From a bacterium (GTDB lineage: Bacteria; Bacillota; Clostridia; TANB77; RGIG9151): a stretch of 32,000 nucleotides of DNA. The DNA lies in contig CAVHFU010000008.1 in the NCBI GenBank assembly GCA_963635575.1, positions 12,575 through 44,574 on the forward strand. The letters are read 5' to 3'. Numbering within the stretch: the stretch's first letter is position 1; the number at the start of each line of letters is the position of its first letter. Position numbers and translations under genes: made by a program. A model generated the notes under the pieces. That model saw nothing but the letters and a program-made list of their open reading frames with translations, was not told the DNA's origin and made no database searches. Positions 1 to 9,937 of this stretch are shown here, piece after piece.

Positions 1-408
1 TAAAATTAAAGATATTTTATTCTCTTCTGTTGTTATATCTTTTGATGATTCTGAATTGAAATATGTATTAATGAAATAAGATAGAAAGAGTGGGTTTGTG
101 TTAATTTCAGGGTAGTTTAGAGACGTAGATGAAATTCCAAGAGGTTCAGACGATATGTTTAAAATATTTTTATCAAAACTCACCTTGAAATTATCATCAT
201 CCAAAAATTCCATAGAATATGTGCCTACTGAGTTGTATGCTTGTAAAGCAGTATATTCAGTGGTATTTTTGTTAGAAAAATAGGTTATGTTCATTTTACA
301 TGTATAGTTTTTTATTGATAAAAGTATATCATTTGGAGCGATAACTTCTTGTTTTGGTGCACAAGAAGTTAGAAAAACAATTAATAAAATAATAATAAAT
401 TTAATCAT
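1..408 (-). CDS. Putative secreted lipoprotein, N-terminal 136 codons only (gene continues past the left window edge)
   Basis: Not in the supplied track because it is open at the window edge. Hand translation of the minus strand from ATG 408..406 (GGGAAGG Shine-Dalgarno about 10 nt upstream) gives MIKFIIILLIVFLTSCAPKQEVIAPNDILLSIKNYTCKMNITYF... with no stop down to base 1. It has a hydrophobic signal peptide ending in an L-T-S-C lipobox. Confidence 0.6.
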   Translation of the reverse strand, partial: MIKFIIILLIVFLTSCAPKQEVIAPNDILLSIKNYTCKMNITYFSNKNTTEYTALQAYNSVGTYSMEFLDDDNFKVSFDKNILNISSEPLGISSTSLNYPEINTNPLFLSYFINTYFNSESSKDITTEENKISLIL

Positions 409-476
409 AGTAAATTATCCTTCCCAAACATATTTTTAGATTAATATATGAGGAGGAAGGATAATTTATTAGCTGA

Positions 477-2018
477 CTAAGAAATATTGCCAAAATATCT
501 TTTATCTAAACTTCTATATTGAATTGCCTCTAGGATATGGGATTTTTGTATTTTATCTGAACCGGCTAAATCTGCAATTGTGCGAGTAACTTTTAATATT
601 CGTGAGTATGCTCTTGCTGATAGATTTAATTTTTCAAAAGCAATTTTTAATATGTTTTCACAATCACTATCTAAAGTACAGTATTTATTAATTTTTTTAG
701 CAGTAAGCTGCGAGTTAGAAAAAATATTATCGTTTTTAAATCTGTGCAATTGAATTTCACGTGCCTTGTTAACTCGTTCTTTAATTTTTTCTGAGCTTTC
801 AGGGGTAAGTTTGTCATTTAATTCATCATATTTAACGGTAGGGACTTCGAGTTGAATATCAATTCTGTCTAAGAGTGGACCGGATATTTTACACATATAG
901 TTATGAATTTGTTTAGGAGTACAAGTACAAGAGTTTTGGGTACTTCCGTAATATCCGCAAGGACAAGGATTCATAGAAGCCACAAACATAAAGTTGGCCG
1001 GATAAGTGTAAATTCCATTTGCTCTTCCGATAGTTATAACTCTATCTTCAAGAGGTTGTCTAAGTACTTCTAAGGCATTTTTTTGAAATTCGGGTAACTC
1101 ATCTAAGAATAGAACACCGTTATGTGCAAGGCTTATTTCACCGGGTTTGGGTACTTTCCCTCCTCCGACTAAAGAAACGGACGAAACACTATGATGTGGA
1201 CTCCTAAATGGTCTGGTAGTAAGAAGTGAAAAGTCATTAGATAGTAAACCAGAAATACTATAAATTTTAGTTACTTCTAAAGCTTCTTCAATTGTTAAAT
1301 CTGGAAGAATGGTTGGTATTCTGTGAGCCAGCATAGTTTTTCCGGAGCCGGGTGAACCGATTAAAAGTACGTTATGATTTCCGGCGGCAGCAATTTCTAA
1401 AGCTCTTTTTGCCGTTTCTTGTCCTTTCACTTCTGAAAAATTTATTTCATATTTTTTTGAATTTGAAAAAATTTCTTCCACATTACAAGAGGGAGAAGGT
1501 AGAGGCGTCCCATTGGAAAAGTACGAAATTATATCATTTAGGCTATTTGCAGTTAATATTTTTATATTTTCTATTACACTAGCCTCTTTTTCATTTCCTT
1601 CCGGTATGATTAGGCAATTTATTTTATTTTTTGAGGCACATATTGCCATTGGTAAAATACCTTTTATGGGATTTATTTTCCCATCTAAAGATAATTCTCC
1701 TAAAAAGCAGTAATCATTAAATTTTTCGGGATTAATAATGCCCATTATGGCTAGAATTGACATTGCAATTGGCAGATCAAAAGTCGCACCTTCCTTTTTG
1801 GTATTAGCAGGCGAGAGGTTTAAAATGATTTTGCCGTAGGGAAATTGCAAACCTGAATTTTTTATTGCAGATGTAACTCTTTCTTTAGATTCTCGTATAG
1901 ATGCGTCCGGCAAACCCACTATTTCAATTCCGGACAAACCACTAAGTAAAGTGGCTTCTACATTTATAATATAACCATCTAGTCCATTTAAACCGATAGT
2001 TCTAACTTTAGCAAACAT
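477..2018 (-). CDS. comM: YifB/ComM family Mg-chelatase-like ATPase
   Basis: Track ORF 477..2054, with the start trimmed to ATG 2018 (MFAKVRTIGL...) behind an AAGGAAGTGA RBS. N-terminal Lon-protease-like domain, Walker A GSPGSGKT, and the typical LFLDELPEF and ComM C-terminal region. Confidence 0.9.
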   Translation of the reverse strand: MFAKVRTIGLNGLDGYIINVEATLLSGLSGIEIVGLPDASIRESKERVTSAIKNSGLQFPYGKIILNLSPANTKKEGATFDLPIAMSILAIMGIINPEKFNDYCFLGELSLDGKINPIKGILPMAICASKNKINCLIIPEGNEKEASVIENIKILTANSLNDIISYFSNGTPLPSPSCNVEEIFSNSKKYEINFSEVKGQETAKRALEIAAAGNHNVLLIGSPGSGKTMLAHRIPTILPDLTIEEALEVTKIYSISGLLSNDFSLLTTRPFRSPHHSVSSVSLVGGGKVPKPGEISLAHNGVLFLDELPEFQKNALEVLRQPLEDRVITIGRANGIYTYPANFMFVASMNPCPCGYYGSTQNSCTCTPKQIHNYMCKISGPLLDRIDIQLEVPTVKYDELNDKLTPESSEKIKERVNKAREIQLHRFKNDNIFSNSQLTAKKINKYCTLDSDCENILKIAFEKLNLSARAYSRILKVTRTIADLAGSDKIQKSHILEAIQYRSLDKRYFGNIS

Positions 2019-2095
2019 TTCTATCACTTCCTTATTATGGATTATATTACACAATTTGCAAATTTGTCAATATTTTTAAATGGAATATTTATGCC

Positions 2096-2124
2096 TTGAC
2101 AGTTGTTTTTTTTAATTGTAGAAT
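2096..2124 (+). promoter_or_regulatory. Sigma-A type promoter candidate upstream of rny (TTGACA-17 nt-TAGAAT)
   Basis: -35 TTGACA at 2096..2101, a 17-nt spacer, and -10 TAGAAT at 2119..2124. This implies a leader of roughly 180 nt before the rny start codon. Confidence 0.5.
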
Positions 2125-2310
2125 TGAAGAGTAAAATTGTAAAAGCGTCAATGAAACTTTTTGCAAAAATTTGCTATTAATATATATAAAGAAAAATACG
2201 ATATAAATATGTTAGCAAATTCAAAAAGTGAATTTGAAAATTATTTTCGAGGATATATTTTTCGCGTAAGCGATTTGTACTTTGAAAATTGAAGATTGGG
2301 AGGGAATAAG

Positions 2311-3852
2311 ATGGAAACTGGTATAGTTGTTTCTATCTGCCTTATTGTTTTTGCGGTGGGAATCGCAATAGGATTCTTTATACGCAAAATGATTTCTGAA
2401 GCCAAAATTGGCTCTGCTAGAAAAGAAGCTGAGTCAATTATTGAAGATGCGAGAAAAACTGTTGAAAACGAAAAAAGAGAAATGTTACTTCAAGCAAAAG
2501 AGGAAATACACAAGAATAGGGTAGAATTAGAAAGAGAAATCAAAGAAAGAAGAAATGAAATGCAAAGACTCGAAAGAAGAGTTTTGCAAAAAGAAGAAGG
2601 ATTAGATAAAAAATCCGAAAGTTTAGAACAAAAAGAAGAACAATTGGCTAAAAAGATTAAAGAAAATCAAGAGCTAAAAGAAGAATTAGAAGAAAACATT
2701 AAGAAAGAACAGGCTGAACTTGAAAAAGTTGCCGGAATGACAGCTGAAGAAGCTAAGCAAATGCTTATTAAAAACATTGAACATGAAGTTAAGTTAGAAA
2801 CTGCATTAATGATAAAGAATGCGGAAATGACAGCTAAAGAAGAAGCTAATAAAAAGGCTAAAAACATTATTGCTACTGCAATTCAAAAGTGTGCTGCTGA
2901 CCAAGTGGCAGAACATACAGTGTCGGTAGTTGCATTACCTAATGATGAAATGAAAGGTAGAATTATTGGTAGAGAAGGAAGAAATATCAAAGCGTTAGAG
3001 ACTCTAACAGGAATTGATTTGATTATAGATGATACTCCTGAAGCAGTTATTTTATCGGGATTTGACCCGGTAAGACGTGAAGTTGCAAGAATTGCACTTG
3101 AAAAGTTAATTTTAGATGGAAGAATTCATCCTACAAGGATTGAAGAAATGGTAGAAAAGGCGCAAGCCGAAGTGGAAGACATTATGCGTGAAGCCGGAGA
3201 AGAGGCTTGTTATAGTGTAAATGTTCACAATTTGCATCCTGATCTTGTAAGATTACTTGGAAAATTAAAATATAGAACGAGTTACGGCCAGAATGTATTA
3301 ATACATTCTATCGAAGTAGCTCATATAGCCGGACTTATGGCGTCTGAATTAGGTTTAGACCCAGAAATGGCTAAACGTGCAGGGTTATTACACGATATAG
3401 GTAAGGCTATAGACCAAGAAATGGAAGGATCACACGTACAAATCGGTGTTGACTTGCTAAAGAGATATAAAGAATGTCCTGAAATATTAAATGCAGTTGA
3501 GGCACACCATGAAGATGTTGAGCCTACATCTATTACTGCTATTTTAATTCAGGCTGCTGACTCTATTTCTGCAGCACGTCCTGGTGCTAGAAAAGAAACT
3601 TTAGAAGCATATATCAAGAGAATTGAAAAAATTGAAGAAATTACAACATCATTTAAGGGCGTTGATAAATCATTTGCAATTCAAGCAGGTCGTGAAGTTA
3701 GAATTATAGTAAATCCTGAAGATATTTCTGATGCAGAGATGACATTACTTGCTCGTGATATAGCTAAGAAGATTGAAGCTGAAGTAAGTTATCCTGGTCA
3801 AATTAAAGTAAATATTGTTCGTGAAACAAGAGTAGTAGATTACGCAAAGTAG
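2311..3852 (+). CDS. rny: Ribonuclease Y
   Basis: Track ORF 2296..3852, with the start moved to ATG 2311 (METGIVV...) behind a GGGAGGG RBS. N-terminal TM helix, long Glu/Lys coiled coil, KH domain ([13 protein letters not shown]) and HD domain (LLHDIGKA ... EAHH). Confidence 0.95.
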   Translation: METGIVVSICLIVFAVGIAIGFFIRKMISEAKIGSARKEAESIIEDARKTVENEKREMLLQAKEEIHKNRVELEREIKERRNEMQRLERRVLQKEEGLDKKSESLEQKEEQLAKKIKENQELKEELEENIKKEQAELEKVAGMTAEEAKQMLIKNIEHEVKLETALMIKNAEMTAKEEANKKAKNIIATAIQKCAADQVAEHTVSVVALPNDEMKGRIIGREGRNIKALETLTGIDLIIDDTPEAVILSGFDPVRREVARIALEKLILDGRIHPTRIEEMVEKAQAEVEDIMREAGEEACYSVNVHNLHPDLVRLLGKLKYRTSYGQNVLIHSIEVAHIAGLMASELGLDPEMAKRAGLLHDIGKAIDQEMEGSHVQIGVDLLKRYKECPEILNAVEAHHEDVEPTSITAILIQAADSISAARPGARKETLEAYIKRIEKIEEITTSFKGVDKSFAIQAGREVRIIVNPEDISDAEMTLLARDIAKKIEAEVSYPGQIKVNIVRETRVVDYAK

Positions 3853-3863
3853 TCATAATTACA

Positions 3864-3889
3864 GGCAACGGTAATCCGTTGCCTTTTTT
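3864..3889 (+). terminator. Rho-independent terminator after rny
   Basis: GGCAACGG (3864..3871), loop TAAT, CCGTTGCC (3876..3883), then TTTTTT (3884..3889). Perfect 8-bp GC-rich stem. Confidence 0.85.
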
Positions 3890-3891
3890 AT

Positions 3892-3966
3892 GCTCCCATA
3901 GTTTAATGGATAAAATGGCAGATTCCGATTCTGCAGATGTAGGTTCGATTCCTACTGGGAGTGCCA
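3892..3966 (+). tRNA. tRNA-Arg (anticodon CCG), CCA encoded
   Basis: Hand-folded cloverleaf of 75 nt. Acceptor GCTCCCA/TGGGAGT, D-arm GTTT-AATGGATA-AAAT, anticodon stem GCAGA/TCTGC with loop TTCCGAT (CCG). 4-nt variable loop, T-arm GTAGG-TTCGATT-CCTAC, discriminator G, CCA. Confidence 0.85.
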
Positions 3967-3995
3967 AATTAATTGTTAGAGAGGAAGTGGAATAA

Positions 3996-5009
3996 ATGAG
4001 ATATCCACGTAATTTAAGAATTGGAGATAGTATAGGAATATGTGCACCATCTTGTGGAATAACAGATGAGAAGAAAATAAAAAGATTAGATTTAGCTTAT
4101 TTACAATTAAAAGAATTAGGATATAAGATACTTGAAACCAATAGCGTACGAAAAGAAATTAAAGGAAGAAGTGCACCTAGTGAAGAAAGAGCAAAGGAAT
4201 TAATGGAATTATTAGAAAATCCGGAGATTGGCTTGGTTTTATATGCAACCGGCGGAGATTTTTTAGTAGAAATGCTAGACTTTCTAGATTGGGAAAAATT
4301 AAAAAACATTGAACCAAAGTGGACACAGGGGTATTCTGATATAACAAGTATTTCTTTCCTATTTAATACTATTTTGGATGTCCCATCTATCTATTGTCAA
4401 ACAATAAAGGATTATGCAATGAAGCCACTTCATAAAAGCCTTATAGATGCATTAAATATTGCGCAAGGAAAGCTGGTAGTTCAAAATTCGTTTGAAAAAT
4501 ATGAAATAAAGAATGAGAATGAAAGCCCAATAGCAACATATAACTTAACCGAAAAGGTAGAGTGGAAAAACCTAAATGGTGAGGAAGAAATAAGAATGCG
4601 TGGTCGCTCGATGGGGGGATGCTTAGACTGCATAAAGTGCTTTTTTGGTACAAAGTATGATAAAATTAATGAATACATAAATAAATATAAAAATGACGGA
4701 ATAATTTGGTTTTTAGAAGTATTTGAAATGAGTACACCGGAAGTTTTTAGAGTCCTTTGGCAAATGAAAAATTGTGGGTATTTTGATAACTGTTCAGGAA
4801 TTATTTTCGGGAGACCATTGTTTGTCAGAAAAGATTATGATATAAGTTTTAATGAAGCAGTTAAAGATGCACTTGGAGGACTTGATATTCCTATAATATA
4901 TGATGCAGATATAGGGCATGTGTCTCCACAACTTGCAATTGTAAATGGTGCAGTACTTGAGATTACTTCTAAAAGTGGAAAAGGAACGGTAAAAACTTTC
5001 TTTGAATAA
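3996..5009 (+). CDS. S66 family LD-carboxypeptidase (MccF/LdcA-like)
   Basis: 337 aa. Typical S66 layout: N-terminal GDSIGICAPS, ATGGDF, nucleophile motif QGYSDITS, and C-terminal DADIGHVSPQ (catalytic His). Confidence 0.8.
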   Translation: MRYPRNLRIGDSIGICAPSCGITDEKKIKRLDLAYLQLKELGYKILETNSVRKEIKGRSAPSEERAKELMELLENPEIGLVLYATGGDFLVEMLDFLDWEKLKNIEPKWTQGYSDITSISFLFNTILDVPSIYCQTIKDYAMKPLHKSLIDALNIAQGKLVVQNSFEKYEIKNENESPIATYNLTEKVEWKNLNGEEEIRMRGRSMGGCLDCIKCFFGTKYDKINEYINKYKNDGIIWFLEVFEMSTPEVFRVLWQMKNCGYFDNCSGIIFGRPLFVRKDYDISFNEAVKDALGGLDIPIIYDADIGHVSPQLAIVNGAVLEITSKSGKGTVKTFFE

Positions 5010-5021
5010 GGGGGAATAGAA

Positions 5022-5324
5022 ATGTTTTTAAATTTTTTGTTTGGAAATCCTAGTAAAAAAACAATTGGATATTATACTAAAATATTCTTTTTTATGATAA
5101 TTCCAGTATTTGGGCTGTTTTATACATTATTTTTAGCTTTTGTTGAAGATAGGGATAATGATATAAATAAATTAGCAAAAGGAGCATTAATAATAAGAAT
5201 ACTTGCGATTATATTATTACTTGCACTACTTACAGTAGCGGTAAAATTTATAATTCCGGATGTGATTCCAAACATCGAAAAGATGATAAATAATTCAATG
5301 ATTTTAATGAGAATATTTAGATAA
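5022..5324 (+). CDS. Small membrane protein, unknown function (two predicted TM helices)
   Basis: 100-aa ORF with an AAGGGGGAA RBS and two hydrophobic segments. Tightly spaced between the neighbouring plus-strand genes. Confidence 0.55.
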   Translation: MFLNFLFGNPSKKTIGYYTKIFFFMIIPVFGLFYTLFLAFVEDRDNDINKLAKGALIIRILAIILLLALLTVAVKFIIPDVIPNIEKMINNSMILMRIFR

Positions 5325-5341
5325 AGTTGGAGATGAATTAA

Positions 5342-5899
5342 ATGAAAGTAATAGTTGGACTTGGCAATCCCGGAAGTGAGTATGAAAGAACAAGGCATAA
5401 TACCGGATTTATGGTAGTAGATAGATTAGCCAGTAAGCATAATATAGAAATAAAGAAAGAAAAAAGTAAGGCATTATTTGGAACTGGCGAAATAAATGGG
5501 GAAAAAGTAATGATTGTAAAACCTCAGACTTTTATGAATTTAAGTGGAGAAGCGGTCAGAGGAATTATGGATTTTTATAAAGAAAGTATAGAAAATCTTT
5601 TGATAATTTTTGATGATATTGATTTAGAACTTGGTAATATAAGAATAAAAGAAAGAGGCTCGGCAGGAACACATAACGGTATGAAATCTATTGTTCAAAA
5701 CTTAGGAACTATGGATTTTAGACGAGTAAAAGTTGGAATTGGAAAGCCAAAGCCTAATATCGACTTAGTTAGTCACGTTTTAGGAAAATTTTCTGATGAA
5801 GAATATAAGATCTTAACTGAGAGCATAGATAAAGCAGTAGATGCAACGGAAATAATAATATCCGGCAATGTAAGCAAAGCTATGAATTTATATAATTGA
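5342..5899 (+). CDS. pth: Peptidyl-tRNA hydrolase
   Basis: MKVIVGLGNPGSEYERTRHNTGF... is the canonical Pth N-terminus; 185 aa. Confidence 0.95.
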   Translation: MKVIVGLGNPGSEYERTRHNTGFMVVDRLASKHNIEIKKEKSKALFGTGEINGEKVMIVKPQTFMNLSGEAVRGIMDFYKESIENLLIIFDDIDLELGNIRIKERGSAGTHNGMKSIVQNLGTMDFRRVKVGIGKPKPNIDLVSHVLGKFSDEEYKILTESIDKAVDATEIIISGNVSKAMNLYN

Positions 5900-5908
5900 G
5901 GTGAAATA

Positions 5909-6574
5909 ATGGTCAATCTAGGCAATTCATGGGATGAAATACTAAAAGATGAATTTGAAAAAGAATATTATTTAAAAATCAGAAAGTTCTTAGTATATGA
6001 ATATAATCATTATAGAATTTTCCCAAATATGAATGATATTTTTAATGCATTAAAAATGGCTGATTATAACGATATAAAGGTAGTAATAATTGGTCAAGAC
6101 CCTTATCATGAAGAGGGGCAAGCACATGGGCTTTCTTTTTCTGTTCAAAAAGGGATTCAAATTCCGCCATCATTAATGAATATATATAAAGAGCTTAATA
6201 CTGACCTGGGTTGTTACATACCCAATAATGGGTATTTGGAGAAATGGGCACGTCAAGGAGTACTATTGTTAAACAATGTATTAACAGTAAGAAAGGGACA
6301 AGCTAATTCCCATAAAGAATGTGGATGGGAAACATTTACTGATAGAGTAATAATCGAGCTAAATAAACGAGAAAAACCGATTGTCTTTATGTTTTGGGGA
6401 GCTTGTGCAAGGAAAAAAGAAGCTTTGGTTACAAATAAAAACCATTACATACTAAAAGCAGCACATCCTAGTCCACTTTCAGCATATAATGGTTTCTTTG
6501 GCTGTAAACATTTTTCAAAAGCAAATGATTTCTTAGGAAAAGATGCAATTGATTGGCAAATCGAAAACATTTAA
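5909..6574 (+). CDS. ung: Uracil-DNA glycosylase (family 1)
   Basis: GQDPYH water-activating motif, LLLNNVLTV and HPSPLSA motifs; 221 aa. Confidence 0.95.
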   Translation: MVNLGNSWDEILKDEFEKEYYLKIRKFLVYEYNHYRIFPNMNDIFNALKMADYNDIKVVIIGQDPYHEEGQAHGLSFSVQKGIQIPPSLMNIYKELNTDLGCYIPNNGYLEKWARQGVLLLNNVLTVRKGQANSHKECGWETFTDRVIIELNKREKPIVFMFWGACARKKEALVTNKNHYILKAAHPSPLSAYNGFFGCKHFSKANDFLGKDAIDWQIENI

Positions 6575-7215
6575 GCATATAGGAAAAAGCACATTCCAAT
6601 AAAATGACATGTTGCGGCTGCAACGATGAATAAGTGCCAAACCATATGGTGATATTTAAAACCTTTTTTTGCATAGAAAATAGCACCTATTGAATATAAA
6701 ACGCCACCTGCCACTATTAGTGATAATAGTACCGGGTTGGCTTTTTTCATTAATAAAGGAAAGAAAAATATAGCAGTCCATCCCATAATTAAATAAATCG
6801 TAAGTGAAACTTTAGGCATTGATTTTCTTGCTAAAGATTTGTAAAGTATACCGAAAAGTACCATTGCCCATTGAATTCCTATAATTACCCAAGCTTGCCA
6901 ACCTTTAATTACAGATAAGGCCACGGGGGTGTATGAACCTGCGATAGCTACATAGATAAAAATATGGTCCAATATATGAAATACGTCTTTATGAGGTGTA
7001 TCATGAGGCATACAATGATATAGCGTTGATACAAAAAACATAAAGAAAAGTGAAATACAAAAAACAGTTACGGCCACAACATCCATAATTGTTCCATATG
7101 TATAGGCTATTATAGAAACAATAGGCATACAAACAAGTACAGCGATAGCAGGAACTAAATGGGTTATGGCATTTGCAACCTCTTCTCCAAAAGATAATTT
7201 TATAGGTGATTTCAT
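6571..7215 (-). CDS. Hemolysin III / PAQR family membrane protein
   Basis: Track ORF 6571..7290, with the start trimmed to ATG 7215 (MKSPIKLSFGEEVANAITH...), which sits 7 nt after an AGGAGG RBS. Seven hydrophobic segments with the conserved His-containing motifs of the family (ANAITH, LYHCMPH, HHMVWHLF). Confidence 0.85.
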   Translation of the reverse strand: MKSPIKLSFGEEVANAITHLVPAIAVLVCMPIVSIIAYTYGTIMDVVAVTVFCISLFFMFFVSTLYHCMPHDTPHKDVFHILDHIFIYVAIAGSYTPVALSVIKGWQAWVIIGIQWAMVLFGILYKSLARKSMPKVSLTIYLIMGWTAIFFFPLLMKKANPVLLSLIVAGGVLYSIGAIFYAKKGFKYHHMVWHLFIVAAATCHFIGMCFFLYA

Positions 7216-7435
7216 ATACATACCTCCTTTAATTAAATTTTTTGTTCTATCTAATATATCAAAATAAAATCTAAAAGTAAATCCTTCCACATATAAAAGT
7301 ATTTGTAAAAAACAGCCGTTTTTTGTCGAAACTTTACCTTATTTTCTTTTACTTTCCACTAATTTATTTAAAAATTTTTTACGATAAGAAATATAGTTAG
7401 TTCCATTAAGTGAGTATTACACCATAAATAACCGC

Positions 7436-7464
7436 TTGAATATATGTGAGCTAGGGTTTAAAAT
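7436..7464 (+). promoter_or_regulatory. Sigma-A type promoter candidate for lon (TTGAAT-17 nt-TAAAAT)
   Basis: -35 TTGAAT at 7436..7441, a 17-nt spacer, and -10 TAAAAT at 7459..7464, about 35 nt upstream of the lon ATG. Confidence 0.5.
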
Positions 7465-7498
7465 ATTTATATGTACCGAAGGTGAAGGGGAGACTACT

Positions 7499-9919
7499 AT
7501 GGATGATATCAAAAAAATTATGAAAAGACAGATGCTACCTTTATTACCGCTTAGGGGGATAACAGTATTTCCTCATATGACGGTTCATTTTGACGTAGGC
7601 AGAACCAAATCTATTAAAGCAATTAGTGAGGCTATGCATAATCATCAATTAATTTTTTTAGTTACACAAACAGATGCGACCGTAGAAGAACCGGATGAAA
7701 ATGGTATATATAAAGTCGGAACCATTGCAGTTATTAGGCAAATACTACGTTTGCCTGGTGATGCTGTAAGAGTTTTAGTGGAAGGAATAAGTAGAGCAGA
7801 AATTGCAGAAGTTATTCAAACAGAACCATACTTTGAAGCAGAAGTATGTGAGAAAGTATATGTACGCGAAAAAAATGATAAAAATGAAGCTAAAGCTTTA
7901 ATGAGAAAAACAATATCGATATTTGAGGAATATGTAAATTTAAACCAGAAAATTAACCCTGAAATTTTTGCAAGGGTATCAGATATAAATGAACTTAGTG
8001 AGCTAAGCGATATTATTGCTGCAAATCTTACAATATCTACTGAAGATAAGCAACAAATTCTATCTGAATTTGATTCAAAAGTAAGACTTGAAAAATTAAT
8101 TTCTTGTTTAGCAAAAGAAATAGAAATTTTAAACTTAGAAAAAAACATAAGTGCCAAAGTAAAGCAACAAATAGACAAAGTGCAAAAAGAATATTATTTA
8201 AAAGAACAAATGAAAGCAATTCAAGATGAACTTGGAGATAAGGACGGAATTGCCGGAGAAATAGCAGAATACAGAGAAAAGTTTAAAGCACTTGAATTGC
8301 CGGAAGAAGTTGCAAAGAAAACAGAAAAGGAATTGGATAGACTACAAAAAATGCAGTCGGGTTCTGCTGAAGGGTCTGTAATAAAAAATTATTTAGACTG
8401 CATAGCAGAATTACCTTGGAATAAGAAAACAGAAGATTATATAGACCTTAAAAAGGCTAAAGAAATATTAGATAAAGACCATTTTGGACTTGAAAAAGTT
8501 AAAGATAGAATCTTGGAATATCTTGCAGTAAAGAAGATGACTAAATCTTTAGATGGTCCTATCTTATGCTTATATGGACCTCCGGGAGTAGGAAAAACTT
8601 CAATAGCTAAATCAATAGCTAAAGCTGTTAATAGAAATTATGTAAGACTTTCTTTAGGTGGAGTAAAGGATGAAGCTGAGATAAGAGGACATAGAAGAAC
8701 TTATGTAGGGGCTATGCCGGGCAGAATAATTAACGCAATGAAACAAGCCGGAAGCAAAAACCCACTAATTCTACTTGATGAAATAGATAAAATGAGTTCT
8801 GATTATAAAGGAGATACAGCGTCTGCAATGCTTGAAGTATTAGACGCAGAGCAAAACTTCTCATTTAGAGACCATTTCTTGGAAGTTCCGTTTGATTTAT
8901 CAGATGTAATGTTTATAATGACTGCTAATAGTCTAGATACAATTCCAAGACCACTTTTAGATAGAATGGAAATAATAACATTATCAAGTTACACTGGTGA
9001 AGAAAAATTAAATATTGCAAGTAAATATTTAATTCCAAAGCAAATGGAAAAACACGGACTTGCAAAGAATAGCCTTACAATAAGTCAATCTGTTATAAAG
9101 GAAATAATAGACGGATACACAAGAGAGGCAGGAGTAAGAACACTAGAAAGAGAAATTGCTACTATTTGCAGACGTTCGGTAAGGGAAATATTAGAGGAAA
9201 ATGTTAAAAAAGTTGTTATAACTCATAAAAACCTTGAAAATTATTTAGGTCCGGTAAAGGTTATGCATGATAAAGCTAATAAAAAGAATGAAATCGGTAT
9301 AGTAACCGGTCTTGCTTGGACTGCTGTTGGAGGGGAAATTCTTAATATTGAAGTAAATACAATGCCAGGAGCAGGAAGACTTGAATTAACTGGCCAACTC
9401 GGAGATGTAATGAAGGAATCAGCAAAAGCTGGATTTACCTATATAAGGTCTATTGCAAATCGTCTGGATATACCTGGAGATTTTTATAAAAATATAGATA
9501 TTCATATTCATATACCGGAGGGAGCAACACCTAAGGATGGTCCGTCTGCCGGAATTACTATGACAACAGCAGTTATTTCTGCATTAACAGGAATACCTGT
9601 AAAACATGATGTTGCAATGACAGGCGAAATTACACTAAGGGGTAGGGTATTACCTATCGGAGGACTTAAGGAAAAAGTTTGTGCAGCGTATAGAGCAGGA
9701 ATAAAGACTATAATTATTCCAAAAGATAATGAAAAGGACTTAGAAGAAATATCTGAAAATATAAGAAATAAGCTTACTTTTGTACCTGCGACAACAATGG
9801 AAACCGTGCTAAAGACTGCATTGGTTAGAGATGCATTTGTAAATAATGCCGATTCGCCAAAGAGAGTAATTGAATTTACCGGTACAACAGCATATCATTC
9901 TGAAGTTGTTAAGCAATAG
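7499..9919 (+). CDS. lon: ATP-dependent Lon protease (LonA)
   Basis: Track ORF 7436..9919, with the start moved to ATG 7499 (MDDIKKIM...) after a GAAGGGGAG RBS. Lon N-domain (LPLLPLRGITVFPHM), Walker A GPPGVGKTS and the protease serine motif PKDGPSAGIT. Confidence 0.95.
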   Translation: MDDIKKIMKRQMLPLLPLRGITVFPHMTVHFDVGRTKSIKAISEAMHNHQLIFLVTQTDATVEEPDENGIYKVGTIAVIRQILRLPGDAVRVLVEGISRAEIAEVIQTEPYFEAEVCEKVYVREKNDKNEAKALMRKTISIFEEYVNLNQKINPEIFARVSDINELSELSDIIAANLTISTEDKQQILSEFDSKVRLEKLISCLAKEIEILNLEKNISAKVKQQIDKVQKEYYLKEQMKAIQDELGDKDGIAGEIAEYREKFKALELPEEVAKKTEKELDRLQKMQSGSAEGSVIKNYLDCIAELPWNKKTEDYIDLKKAKEILDKDHFGLEKVKDRILEYLAVKKMTKSLDGPILCLYGPPGVGKTSIAKSIAKAVNRNYVRLSLGGVKDEAEIRGHRRTYVGAMPGRIINAMKQAGSKNPLILLDEIDKMSSDYKGDTASAMLEVLDAEQNFSFRDHFLEVPFDLSDVMFIMTANSLDTIPRPLLDRMEIITLSSYTGEEKLNIASKYLIPKQMEKHGLAKNSLTISQSVIKEIIDGYTREAGVRTLEREIATICRRSVREILEENVKKVVITHKNLENYLGPVKVMHDKANKKNEIGIVTGLAWTAVGGEILNIEVNTMPGAGRLELTGQLGDVMKESAKAGFTYIRSIANRLDIPGDFYKNIDIHIHIPEGATPKDGPSAGITMTTAVISALTGIPVKHDVAMTGEITLRGRVLPIGGLKEKVCAAYRAGIKTIIIPKDNEKDLEEISENIRNKLTFVPATTMETVLKTALVRDAFVNNADSPKRVIEFTGTTAYHSEVVKQ

Positions 9920-9937
9920 ACTTAGTTGGTGATAGAA

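Noticed and set aside
1352-1713. Track ORFs antisense or out of frame within long, well-supported genes. Examples: 1352..1582, 1513..1713, 2667..2867, 4097..4309, 4441..4678, 5120..5398, 6468..6686, 7816..8219, 10722..10976, 11395..11703, 11936..12199, 12961..13275, 14686..15048, 15304..15676, 16397..16747, 17098..17286, 17893..18129, 18466..18920, 19587..19772, 19925..20194, 20127..20832, 21435..21683, 21862..22053, 23981..24256, 27364..27606, 27928..28167(-), 28450..28635, 30995..31237, 31763..31960.
   Set aside because: All are shadow ORFs typical of AT-rich DNA. They give low-complexity Leu/Phe/Ser/Ile-rich translations, lack an RBS, and completely overlap genes with clear family signatures on the other strand or frame.
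2053-2064. 12-bp palindrome AATTTGCAAATT next to the comM start.
   Set aside because: A short AT-rich palindrome is expected by chance in this composition, and it matches no operator I can name.
6571-6574. Convergent ung and hemolysin-III genes overlap by 4 bp with interlocked stop codons (TTAA) and no room for a terminator.
   Set aside because: This is real but a common compaction feature, and I cannot argue any specific regulatory consequence from the sequence.
7291-7498. Looked for heat-shock operators (CIRCE TTAGCACTC-N9-GAGTGCTAA, CtsR GGTCAAA repeats) upstream of lon. TTAGTTCC...GAGTATTAC at about 7397..7420 looked superficially CIRCE-like.
   Set aside because: The spacing and half-site matches are too poor, and no tandem GGTCAAA heptads are present.
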